From NCBI RefSeq assembly GCF_964355755.1, contig NC_092677.1, positions 17,940,101 through 18,004,100 on the forward strand: a stretch of DNA of 64,000 nucleotides, written 5' to 3'. Shown here piece by piece: positions 26,600-40,400 of the stretch. This DNA is from Antedon mediterranea. Its lineage: Eukaryota; Animalia; Echinodermata. The notes beneath the pieces were generated by a model. It worked only from the letters and a program-made list of their open reading frames with translations. It did no database searches and was not told the DNA's origin. A program made the position numbers and the translations under genes. Position 1 is the first letter of the stretch, and the number at the start of each line of letters is the position of its first letter.

Positions 26600-26870
26600 G
26601 AACATATAGCGCAATCGGCTAAACTGGTTTGTCGCCAATGTGTTGGGCACTATACCGTGAAATACTATAGCTTTCCTTGGTCCCCGATTCGAATCCCATG
26701 GTCGCTCTCCATGTGTTCCAACTGGTTGGAATACATGTGGGGAGAGCACCGTCTTTCGGACGAGCCGTTAAGCCATTGGTTCCGGGACCTATGTGCACGT
26801 TAAAGGGCACAGTACACTCTTCTTCGAAAAGTAGGAGTTCGTCTTCTTGTGTAATGGCAAATTATAAGAA
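26600..26870 (+). mobile_element. tRNA-derived SINE with Deu/Nin-like central domain
   Basis: A box TAGCGCAATCGG (26607-26618), B box GATTCGAATCCC (26686-26697), core CCGTCTTTCGGACGAGCCGTTAAGCC...GCACGTTAAAG...AAAGTAGG resembling DeuSINE cores as I recall them. Confidence 0.65.
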
Positions 26871-28126
26871 ATTATAGGAACCAGAAGAACTTGAATAACA
26901 GAACAAATGGTAATAAATACAAGGAAGCTTATATACCAAACACATAATATTATCTAAAAAATATCTACAAGCACGAAATATAAGCTTATTTTACACTCTA
27001 GCAATTTCGTTTGCTCAGAGTTTAAAGACGTTTATTGTGCCTGCCTACTAGTTACATTTGTTCATCTGCAAGACCTACTGAATATTGTAAATTAATTTTC
27101 CAAGTTCACAAACGCTAATAATATATTTATAAAGCATGTGCTTGGTCTAACTTCTGCAAACCAGTTTTCTAAAGTTTGACGAATTTGTTCATCTGGTTCA
27201 CATTGTAAAGCTTTAGAAAACATTCGAGTTCGCCCGAGTTACAAACTAAAGTTCTGCTACTGTTTTTTAGACAATGCTTGATGCATCTTATAATTATTGT
27301 GTTTACAAAATAAAAAAAGGGTTGAACCTCTTTGTTTTGATTGATTTATTTACAATTATTTATTTTTCCCTTTGATCCTTTGAATGTCACTAAGCTTCTA
27401 AAGCCTAGTCAAACTGGCAAACTCAAGCACATTTTGACAAGAAAAGTTTTCAGTGTACAGTAGAAGAAATTTGGAAAACTGCAGAAAACAAGTTTTCAGA
27501 AATCTACACAAGCAAACCTCAAAGAAATACAATTGTAATGTTTGCTAGTGTGTATCGTTATATGATCGTTATTCATCAGTTCTTACTTGATTCCAACGGA
27601 CATGAAGTTAATTATCACTTTATAGTTAGAAAATATGATTATAAACCATATTTACAGGAGGATGTTTTAAACAAACACTGGTGAAACAGTAAAATAGACA
27701 TTTTAGAAATTGAATTGTTAAGATAATATATTATATTCATACGCCGTTTCCTTATGAATAATAATATGAATATTAATATGAATATTAATAATATTTATAT
27801 AAAGTACGATAAAGGCCTATTACAACAAAAATGTACCGACCATTGAAGCGACAGACGATTGTTTATGTTCAAGATGAATTGAGGTAGGCCTATATCGTAT
27901 TTTTTTCTTTATACAGTTCATCAACAACTCTTTTCGTGTTCGTTTTTGGTGTATACATTTTTATACGGAACGTTTCAAGCTTAAAGTTTCTTTATATAAA
28001 CCTTTGTTTATCTAGTTCTGTTTATATACATTCTTTACATCGTATCAAAATAATTTAGGCTCGCAGTTTGAGTTCTTTCTACATATGGTACGTTCTTCCA
28101 TCATACTTATTTGTGCATTACACATT

Positions 28127-28434
28127 TTATAATACCTCTAGGATGTGACAGGATTTTGAACGTGATCTATAACCCGAAGGCTCATTCGGGTGCTTCCGGC
28201 GGAGCAACCTTCCCAGCATTCCTCGTGCGCGTTTCAAAAGGGACGATCGCCGTTTTTGTAGCATTCTACGCGGGCTTTCATGATTGTGATTGGCGTCAAG
28301 GTCTTCTGATCTGACGTGTTTTCGCAGACGATACTGGCGTATAACACCGAGGAATAATTCGTCAACATTGTGTGATAACGGCACAGATGTTTCAACATGT
28401 TTGCAATCAAACGTAGCAGCGAAGTGACGTCCTT
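28127..28434 (-). CDS. RGK exon 4 (terminal coding exon)
   Basis: ctgtag|AA; EGRHFAATFDCKHVETSVPLSHNVDELF...SKSCHILEVL*. Confidence 0.95.
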
Positions 28435-31400
28435 CTACAGATAAATCATAACAAACGACATACATTATTGCACCAAATCAAATATTAATAGCATTATAAT
28501 CATTGTACATATATAGCATCTTCAAATATTCATGTAACTTATGTGAATGTATTGAGTGTATGTTGTATTATTAATATAGACGTCATGAAAGGAAAATTTA
28601 CCTTGATAAAAAGTTATTCTAATGGCAATTAAAAAAAATAGCAGTTGCAGCTAGGTTATTATATATGTAATTAATTCACACGTGCTTTGTTTGTTTTTGG
28701 GATAAAATATTAGCATATTGTTTTTCTCTATTCTGTACTTTTCAAACAATTATTATATACCCTTTGAGTTGATTTATGATTAATAATAATGAATAAAAGA
28801 TCCAATTATTCGTAAACACATAATTATAATATGCTAGTTATTTAATCAGATCACATTGTAAGTCTAAAATATGGATGGCGTAACAATTAGAGCTCAACGT
28901 CTTGTCTGTGTATGGAATATAGGTGTTATGTGATATTGCGTCTACTACTCTACATTTTCCACGAAAAGTATCGTAGGAATATTCGATAATACAGCATCAC
29001 ATGTGTATCATATGTGGTGCCTGTATCTTAAATTTAAGGTTAGGGTAAGAGTTAGGCGATACATGTGAAACACATGTGATGCAATACCGAGTATCCATAT
29101 GCTACAGAAGAGGCATCTGTGAAATGAAAATTAGTTTTAAGCAATTTTATTTTAAGAAATATTTTATAGATATTGTTTGGCATAAAAACTATCTGATTAA
29201 AAAATAGTGTGATGGAGAGGCCCAGTTATAGGGTCTTTTCATGCATAAAGATGGCGGTATTTCGATTCCAATCGAGCGAACGTTTTTCGGGTTGCCATTT
29301 GGTAGCAGTGTATAAAGCCATACCATTATCGCGCGCAGGTTGTCAGATGTAAAAAGGATTCGGCACACGGGTTCGAGCTTAAATTGCCAGATAAAATTAA
29401 TGAGATAGTTATCCTATAATACGTGAGCGAACGGCAGAACAATAGTATATCTTGTGTGAAAACTCCCGTCGTGTGTACTGATTATATAATAGTTGCGCTC
29501 GTTGAATAATTTGTACTTGCCAGGAGACAAGTTTTAGATTTTATGATCGCATGCTTACCTTCGTATTGAATTTCTCTTGACCTTTCCAAATCAGTTTTGT
29601 TGGCAACAAGAATGATCGGATCTGTTTCTGTCTCCTTCGTTCGACGAAGTTTAAATCTTAATTCACAAGCCTTTTTGAAACTCCTTTTATCTGTAACTGA
29701 ATAAACCAATAGATATGCGTCACCTGCCGTTAGATAGCTATCTTCGTTTTCTTCAAAATTTTCCTGCACAAAAACAAAAAAATCGAGTATCGTAATTGTA
29801 ATTCTTCTTTTAAAAACATTCGGCATTTGAAATTTAAAGACACATTCGATGTTCTTTATGCAGGACAATTTTGTTTCAGGAAAGTATATCCACTAGCTAT
29901 GCATTGCTTCACTTTTCTAAGTAGGCTATATACTTAAGGAGATGGACAAGTCTAAGTTACATATACAATTAGAATTTTTAAAGGCGTTCGATACCATTAA
30001 CCACAATATTATAGCCAACACGTTAAGTGAAGAAAAAAAAATAATAAAGTTGTAAACAGAAAGTATTATGCAAGATTGCGTTTTTATAGTCGTCTGAAAA
30101 AAAACCCCAAAATTACAATGATTTTGGCGGTTTACATGTCCCAAGCGGCCTCTTGGAGACGGTAGGACAAACCTTATTTCCATTGATAGTGCTGACGTAG
30201 GATGGTGAAACATGTTACTACCAAATTTAGAAGATACACCATCATGTGAACAAAACATAATTACAATCTAACAGTTTCGCACATTCGGTTTGAGAGGAAT
30301 TTGAAGATAAGAAGGTTCAGAAAAAAGCGCCCACTATTAAAGATAATTAAAAACACTTCTTTCGTTTATAGTTTATACTTGTCATTTCATATTATTTTAA
30401 TTCCTGACAACTGTAATGTAAAAACCTGTTAATAAAGTTTCCGAGGGAATGTATTTTACATTCTGAAAGTACGCCTATTTTATAATATATACGTATTCCA
30501 TTTTTTCATTTTAATCTATCGCACTGTTGGAAAGCTTTAGGAACAGTATCGGTAGCCTATAGTATGGTATGTAGGATGCAGATCTTACAGAGAATATTAA
30601 GGATGCCTGTGTCTTAATACGGCCTACGACAGACAGAATTGACAAAAAGTTCACATACAAGAGGTAATGATATGCTAAATGAGATATTATCCTAACCTTA
30701 CGGAACATTGTTATTTGCTATTTTGAATTAATCATTACTGCCAGTAAATATTCCTACCCAAATCAGTCACGTATCATTGAAAACAAATTAAACTCGAGTA
30801 ACAATAACATAGTTAATTACTGTCGTGCACATCGCGGGGTTGTTCACATTGTGTTCTGTGCTATGAAGATCAATAGATATTAGTAAAGACCAAAGCTTGT
30901 AATATCAAAAATTAATATTATTAACATCAAAGAATCTTGTAAGAATAATAATAATAATAATAATAATAACAGGATTTTTATAGCGCACATACCACTCAAG
31001 AGTGCTCAAGGCGCATTTAAAAAAAATAAAAAAACAAATTATACAAATGCCTGACAAATAAAATGCAATTTCTTTGGAGGGTCCCCATCCGTTCTCGTTC
31101 TGTCGCGGTCCCGGACCCCTACTACCTAGGTGACCAAACAAAGGAGCAGGATACACATTTGCCCTGCCACAGACGACCGGGTGCTCAGAGACAACAACCA
31201 AGACAGAGGCACCCCAAAGATAATGCTGATCAGGAAAAAGTATACTATACAATTCTAGAACTTTAAGAAACCTCATGATTTCCATATGCCTTAATGAATA
31301 AATGTGTTTTTAATAATTTTTTAAAAGTATCAACAGTTTTGCAAAATCTGATAGAGCTCGGTAGAGCATTCCATAGACGAGGAGCAGTAACGGTAAAAGC

Positions 31401-34400
31401 TCTGTCTCCCCATGAGTGGTGAGACTTAGGTTGATGTAGAAGCAGCGTATCACTAGAACGCAGATTCCGTCTGGGAACATACAGCCTAAGCATGTCAGAA
31501 ATATATTCAGGAGCCATGCCATTAATAGACTTAAAAACAAAGAGTAATATTTTAAAAACAATGCGGTACCTACAGGAAGCCAATGCAAAGTTTCCAAGGT
31601 ATTTGTTATGTGTTCATATCTTGGTAATAATAACTCGGGCATTACATTTAAATTTTTTAATATAAAATATAATACTTTATCGCCACGATAGGAACAAGTT
31701 GTGTGTACGAATAACGCCACTTTTATATGAAGTGAACGTTTACATTTGCGACGACCGACGAAGTACGTCATGTTAGTTCATTGTGCACATGCGGGAATAT
31801 TGAGACATGTTTCCACGCTCCTCACCTCGACACAGGTTTTATGGTATCTAGTGCTAGAAAAAGACGAAAAGGCCAGGTCAAGATGATTGTAAATACGTAT
31901 TGCTTGATATTTTAAAACCAGAGTTACCCTCTAATCGTTTCTTTTAAAGAATCTTTTAGCATACTGTGTACAAACTTATTTAGACTAGCGTATAAAGAAA
32001 AATACGTTTGCCGGTGTCATTCCATTAAGATTTACAATGCTTTCTAATCACTGAGGAATTTCTGCACTTTACTTCTAGTCCGTGTCCGACCTACGATGCG
32101 TTGATTAGATTCTATATATAGATTAAAAGTGCGTCACACATCTAAAAGTAAAATCACGTTTCTCTAGGTCATGTGCACAGAAAAAAATGTTAGCATGTCA
32201 AATTTAGCATGAAAAATATATCTGTGGTTAGGTCAAATTAAAGTAATTACAAAAGAAAACAACTGAAGTAGAGCAAACAAAAAAATACAAAAGCAATAAC
32301 CGAAAATGTGAATGTAGTTGAAATTAAAAGAAAAAAGAGTAACCGAAGAAGATAAAATTTATTGAAAACAGGAAGTGAAGAAGGTGAAATAAAAAGAAAA
32401 AGGGTATCCGAATTAATAATAAATTTAAAAGAGTGACCGAAAATAAGTAGGTAAAATTATTTTTTTTAAAAAAGAAAATAACCGTAGAAAGTGAAATGAA
32501 AAGAAAAAAATGAACGAAGAAATTAAAAGGGTAACCCGAAGAAGGTGAAATTAAAATAATTTAAAAAGATTAACCGAGTGGGAAAGAGTAAGCAATTTTG
32601 AAAAATCTGACCATTTTTTTTAGATTATCAACCAGTATAATTATTAGGTTATGTTTTTTGTTTGTTGCGATGCATAAAGTACACATCCAAACACGGCTGG
32701 CGATGACGGCTGCATGAACACGGTCATTAATTCGTAGCTGCCGGGTGATATCGTCCTACCATTAGTGTAAACGCCACATTAAAGTCAAAGTACGGGTAAT
32801 GTAGCAAAGTTATTATGATAAGGCCTAATTAAGTAGGATAAAGTCACGGTGTAATATTGGTCGGAATGGTCTCATAATGTACACAGACGCCAAACGGATA
32901 TTGTCGGGTTACTGCGTTATAGTGTTTTGAAGAAATGTATGTCCAGTGATTATGGAAAACTATAATATACTTACAGTTTAGACTTTGTTATTGAGTGCTA
33001 ATTGGGAACTCGTATGACAAAGACAACGTTATTATAATAATATTATAAGCTGTCTTGATCACAAAATTAAATTTCTTTGAAAGATAAGATGATAATGTAG
33101 TTTGATTTCAGACAAACAACATAGGAAAACCCAATACCCTAGGCGCAATTTGCTATTGTTGGATTCCAACAACGAAAGGTCACAAGAGGAGCTATGGTTT
33201 TATGTTTTGAGAACAAATGTCCTTATCTAAAACACTGTATAGTTAAATCTAGGTCATTTAATATCACATCTCTATTTTTACACATCTTGTTTACCAACCA
33301 AACTCTCACAGGAGAATTATTGATGCGTAAATTAATAACAACATAACTAAACATTTTAATTACCAGATAACTTCATCTGTTAGGATGAAATTCAATCTTT
33401 ATTTCTCCGAATCAAAACTTTAATTATTTTGTTATTGTTATAAATTTATAGACATGCAATCATGTTTTCAAATTTCAAGTCAACCTCAAAACGTCAATTT
33501 GAGCATGTCGACGTCAAATGACTAATTGACGGCACGCAATGAAAGCAGGGTATTAGTGATGGTTGTTTCAGACACTCACCTTCTAACGTAACCCAAGATA
33601 GTTGGTTTCATTTAATTAACCATTATGTGAATAATATTTACCATTTATATGCAGTTACTATATTTACCACAGTTGTTTTTATTTTTTGTTTATTTGAAAA
33701 CCCAAACATCATTAGAACATCATGAATAAACACGAGAAAAATAGCGCCCTCTGACAGTGTGCAATTGCTGCGCTTGAATTTGGTACCGTAACTGGTACTA
33801 TTTAAATGACGTATCAGAGCTAGCGAGTGGCCGAGAGGTTACATCGTAACCGTAATTACGTAGCCATAACATCGGAAAGGGTTCGAGGCGAGGCTCACTC
33901 ACTCGGATAAGGGCTATGTACATGTACACATCTACCTCATGTGCACTTTAAAGAACCTAGCATCTTTCCAGACGATCAGGGAGGTTATCACAGGGTACTA
34001 GTACACACCGCCACTGATCATAACTGGGCATTTTAAGAGAACAGTCTTTTTGACTGAATAGTATATAAAAAACAAACTATAAATCTATAACACTTTAAAC
34101 TTTAAAAAAATTCAATCCAAAATATTACTGATTATTATTAGTATCTTTTAATACTTCCACTATACTGTATGTTTTGTAGATAGTTACCTTTTTGTAAATG
34201 TTCTTGTACTATAAATGTAAATGACTATGTTAGTTGTCTTTGAATTATTTGTATTATATTGTTAATATTTCTCTACTAAACCACTGCAATGCTTTAGCAC
34301 TGAGAGTGTCATTCAATATAAAGAAAAAAATAACAAGCTAATGTTTGATTTGCTGTGCTTACCTGTCCGTATGGCGGTGTGTCAACAAGTTGAATGACTA

Positions 34401-37400
34401 CCTCTTCATTATCTACCAAGATCTTCTTCTCATAAATCTCACAATTTGTATCTAAAAATCAGAATTTAAAATACATATTAACCATAATAAAGTAAGCTGA
34501 AATTGAGGTAGTGCATTATAATTTTCGTCTTTGACTATATATTTTTATTTCTATTTACCGTGTAATTTAAAAAAAATCTTGAGAGGGCTAAATAGGAAAT
34601 ATGTATATTTTATAACATTGTGTGTGTGTAAACAGGTTGTGGTGATTTGTGTATTTACATACAGTAACAACGAAATAAACAATAATAATACTACGCGTCG
34701 TGGCATACCGTTATTTTCTGTAGAGAAACTCAGCAGAAACCCAGTTAACAAGTCGTCTCAATAATATTGAGTATATTATACTATCTTAGGAAAGTCCAAC
34801 GATAAAGGTTCACTAGTTTATCATGTAACAACTTTATATCAAAATTAAGAATTTACCTCTGATACTAATACATACGATATTTACCTAGACACACCAGGGA
34901 GTTGGAAACACTAAGGAAATCTTACTAATAATCCGCCAAAGTACCATAAAATCGTTATATTCTTGTATTGTGATACGTCAAAAGCAAATAGATCAATTTC
35001 TTGGCTTTTATTTTGAAATATTGCATAAAGCTAATTCTGATTTAGTAACGCCATGACACGCTCGCGTTAAAATGCCAAATTCAGTGTACGTATTTAGCTC
35101 AATGTAATAACGTAGAATCAATTTAGGTAAATGATTTATGATGGTTATCTTTTATGAACTTCTTTTAAAATAATGTAATTAATATTAGAGACATTTTAAA
35201 AATAAATTATGCAACTTTTGGTTTATTGTTTCTTTATTTTGATTCTAAAAAATATACATAAATAAGCATAATATCATAATATACAGATTAAAAAAATGGA
35301 AAGGGCTTGAACAGCTTATAAGTTAGAAAATATTGCTTCCCTTACCCTCTATATTACCCCACGTTATACAAAATGTTCTAAATGATCAGGAAATCAAGAT
35401 GATTACAACCTAACCCTAGCCCTAACCCCCAACAGAAAGAAATGTTTGGCGAAAAATAAAAGCCTATAGTTGGTAATTTTGGTTTTAATTAATTTTAAAT
35501 GGCTTACGAATATCTACTCAATACCTTATTCATAGAAATAGGTGTTGACAACAATAACAAGTCTGTTGATTAATTGAATAATTAAAGAAGTGAAGCACGC
35601 GGTTAGAATTGGCAACTTTCTCAGCATCTAGACCTCTACACAACGCATTGACAGGAATTACTACTTTAGTGGAAACAATTGTGATAAACAAATATCAATA
35701 AATAGTAGACTTTGTAGTATTAAACATTAAAAAATACATAGTTCTGATACACGTGATTATGTCAAATTATTTATTCATTTATGTACCTTGGATTCATTCA
35801 TTCATTCATCTTTTATTTCGGAAATAGCTCAATAACAAATTATATATAAACAACAACAATATATATAAATATATAGATATATAAAAAAAACCTACGCCAC
35901 ATAGTCACGTGGTTAAAAACAATAGCTTCATCTATCCACCATGTAGATTGGATGAAGGAAAAGCAAATTCATGAATACATTTTGTGAAAATATTGCCTGT
36001 CCTCCCCAACCTGCACAACATGCCAAACACCACCTTACGTTGTAGTTCGTAGAACGAGCACATGTGGTTTTCTACAAACATGGTGCTGGCACTGCATGAC
36101 CTAGGTTTATTAAGGAGCAGGCGTAAGGCTTTATTGCTTCCATAGATTTTACATTAAAATTAGCCTACAGAGAAGCACAGTATAAGTTATTACAATATGT
36201 TTTAAACAAAAAAACATTTTATGTTTTTAGAGCAATTAAATCTGTATTATTTAATAGGCCTATTTGACAATATACAATTTCTGCTGACGGTACAACAGCT
36301 GTGAATTTTGACACTGAAACAGATTAAATCAATAAATACAAATCATTGACAAGCGACAGATTGTGATCCTTCGTTTTAATATGTGTATTAGATAATAAAC
36401 ATAATAAGTAGAAATGCTTATGAACCGCGTCACCGGCAGCATTGGAATATTTTGTTTAGTGGCCTTTGATGATACCACTTTTGATTCAATTCTGTAGTAG
36501 TTAACTGATGGCCGTTTTCATAAATATAGAGTGTTAACCTTTTCATGTTAAATTGTTTTACAAATATAAAGTTGATTTGAAATGACCTTTAGACTTAAAA
36601 TAAATTGAGAAACCTATTTAAATGGTCACGATGGTTTATGATCATGATAAGACTACGGTACCACATAGATCTCAGGAAATATGTTTTCACAGAAACAAAC
36701 CACGTATTATATTCCAGCATCTCATGCTAAATTATTGCTATATCTAACATGAAAATGAACATCTTAAGGCTGATTACCAGCTGCATTATTGGAGTATGTT
36801 TCCATACGTGTTTGATAAAAAAAAAATGAAAGTTTGTTTATGTGCGCTATAAGAATGAACTATATTATTATGACTAATAAATAGCACACTTCCACATTTC
36901 TGATATGTAATGAGTGCATGGTGTGGTAGATTCTGAATTTGAATCGCTCGTATTAGGTATACCTGAACAAAAAGATTACTAAAACTATAGTAAAGGTTAA
37001 TTAAATTGCATGATCCAATGCAATTTACTATAGATTTTAATTCGGTGCAATCTTTACACCCAATCTTCATAAATGAGTAAATGCAAAATATATTTATGAT
37101 GCGAGACACTTACATTGTGACGTGTTCGCAAAACCAAAATCAAGGACGAGATTAGACTGATAGATATAATTTAATTTTGTAAACAAATATTAGCATACAT
37201 GTAAACCATACACTGAAATTAAAACAGTTGACAGAGTGCATCACTGAAAGCAGATTCGACACGCTAAACTTAATGTCTCAATCAAAACGCTTGAGTAAGA
37301 TTGAATATTATATTATAAACAATTTAAATGTCACTTGATTGAACCAATAACTTGAAATAACAAGGGAGACCTGATGTATGCAGAATCATGTGTACATCAA

Positions 37401-40400
37401 CAAACCAATTACGTCGTGTAAATGTGTGTTCGTTAACACTCGGTCCACTATCATCTTTTATAGGCATGAACGCGTCCACCAAAAATATTATTTTATAATA
37501 GCTCACTCGTCCTAGTTCACACCGTTTAGTTATTCTGGAGTATGACACACTCACACAGACAACCGATACTTTGTAACTGGGTCTTAAATCTTGCTAAAAT
37601 AGGCCTCAATACAAATTCATTAACAATTATACATGACAAGTACGTCATATTTTAACATAAAATAATTATAGATTGTGTAAAAAATTTTAAAAATAGTTAT
37701 GAATGTCAGTATTTGCCACAGAGAGAAAAAGAACATTTATTATTGTTGAACTGCACTCTTCCCTGAATGGAAAGTGTTCCAACAAAATTCAACACATCAC
37801 AATCTTTGGGTGTCCCTTTCTCTGTACACGTTTTCCGTTGTCATGTCTAGTGACGCTAAACTGTGGGTAATGTATATGTAAGAAAAGGCTGTAGATAGGA
37901 GACAAGAAACTACAGCTGCTGTTATAGTTTCTAGACATAATACCGTACGAGAAATCGGGTGTCTCTATTGCGTATTAATTTGCAGTTAGTAACGTTCAGT
38001 TTCAAGTTATTGGTTCCACAAGACTAAATTTGTAAGTTTCTGTCCCACAAGAGAGTCCAGTCAAGTATTGTGGTAACTTCCTAAACTATAGCTTGATTGT
38101 GCTAAAACCTATTAAATTGTTAATTGTACCAATAAATTAAGTTTACTATAATATTTTGCACTCCAACTCAATTATTCATAAACCCAGAGGCAATGAAGAA
38201 TTTTAAATAATATAGACAATTCAATTTCCGATAATAATTGCGTTCAGTTTTAACTCCAAATAATGGTCTCACTTGAATTTTCTTAAATGCCTTAATTGTA
38301 GTATCAATGCCGACACTTAAACTAAAATGATTTAACCATAGACCTATACAAATGTATAATGGTTTATCCCTCAAAAGTGATTCAGTTTGTCTAGTTTGAG
38401 ATTACGTCTGATAAATTTAGAAGATTTTGTTATCACCTTGTAATGATGAGTGTATTTATAATTTTGTCATTCATTCTAATCTTCAAGATTCAAGATTCAA
38501 GAAATTTTATTTGTCCATAAAAATGGAAATTCACTTTGCTTGGTAGATTAAAACAACAATATTGCAACAATTTAAAAACGTGCAGTATTATAACAGATTA
38601 AAAATACAAGATAAAAAGTTAAAAATACTGTTAAAAATGTAAAACTATTAAAAATTGCATTAACGTCTTACATTAGAATTAAAAATATGAATGCTATTTA
38701 CAACGAAGGATTTTCTAGTTCTACAAAGATTTGCTCTTGGAGGTCGTAGCCTAATGCCTGATCTATTTAAGTTATAACAGTAATGTAACGGATGAGTGGG
38801 GTCTTTCATAATATTGTTTACTTTTTTTAGAATACTCTTTTCATAGATAAATGAACAAGGCGTAAGATCAGCTTTAATAATACGTTGTGCAATTTTACGT
38901 GGTCTCTCAATATTTTTCTTATCATTTTCAGTAAAGTTACCATAAAAACATCCAATGCTAAAAGATAAAATACTTTGAATAATACTTTGATAAAATAGAA
39001 TTAAAATAGTGTTATCAACTCTAATTTGCTTGAGTTTTCTGAGAAAGTAGAGCCTTTGAGATGCCTTCTTGGAAATCATGAGAGAGTTTGACTCCCATTT
39101 TAATTTGTTGTCAATTATAGTACCTAAGTATTTGTATTGGGTTACTCTTTCAACCTTGGTTCCTTTAATAGTTATTACATTATGTTCAACTGCAGTTTTA
39201 CGAAAATCTATTATCATCTCTTATCATGGTTTTAGTAATATTAAGTATTAGTTCATATCTTCACACCAATTAACAAATCTTCCAACTTCATTAACAAATT
39301 CATTTACATTATGCTTACTATCGCAAAGAAAACCACTAATTACAGTATCGTCAGCGTATTTTACAATATTGCAATCTTTGCTTAAAATATTAAAACTACT
39401 AGAATAAAAAGAGAACAAAATTGGAGAGATAACACATCCTTGAGGAGCTCCAACACTGGTAGATTCTTTGTTGGATAGGATACCATTGCACTTAACCATC
39501 TGTGGTCTATTAATCAAAAAACTATATATAACTTTGGCGAGCTGAGGTGAGACATTAAAACTTAATAATCTATCAATTAAAACATGTGGTAAAATAGTAT
39601 TAAAAGCACTGGAGAAATCGAAAAATATAGACCGTACATAATTTCTTTTTGAATCAAGGTGATGATATGTATCATGGAGATAAGAATTAACAGCATCGTC
39701 AACCCCTCTATTTTTCTTGTATGCAAATTGATTCTTATCTGCATTACCAATATTTTCCTTAAGTCTAGAAACAATCAACCTTTCTAAGCATTTCATTAAA
39801 TTTGAAGTAATTGCAATTGGTCTAAAATCTTTTGGTACACTTATAAACATCTTATTATTTCGATGAGTTTATCAAACGTTTTAGCAGTTGCAATATCCAT
39901 CAATGCATAGGCCTAAGGTAAGTTAAAGTATCATCAAAGAGATAACATTGTCTTGGATGTGTATTGGATGTACTGAACTATCTAGAAATCTAAGGCTAAG
40001 TTAATAATCTATAATGTTACATACACCTTCGAGCATTACTAAAAAGGTAGACAGAAAATGCAAAGAATCACCTTCACCATAGTATACATGTATAGGCTAC
40101 CTAAACTTTGAAATTGAAGATTAACATTTAACTTAAAAGTGAGATTTTTCTATTTTTGTTCATCCTTTACAAATAGGTCTTACGAAAAAAACGGTTTTAA
40201 ATAACGCTATGGCGTACTATATATCAGGTTATTATGTGCTTTTTTTTAATTAAGATCAGGTACTGCACCGTGATTTAATTCTAAACTCGTGCTTTCAAAA
40301 CTGTTTTTATGATTAGCATTTAGCAAAAAAGGAATGAGATTTGAACTCGGGATAATGTGCATAAGAACCACTGCATGTTTGTTCTATCTTCTGATAATCA

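Noticed and set aside
35405-35430. Interstitial telomeric repeat
   Set aside because: Only about 3 degenerate CCCTAA units; more likely the loop of a decayed MITE like the one at 29.0 kb.
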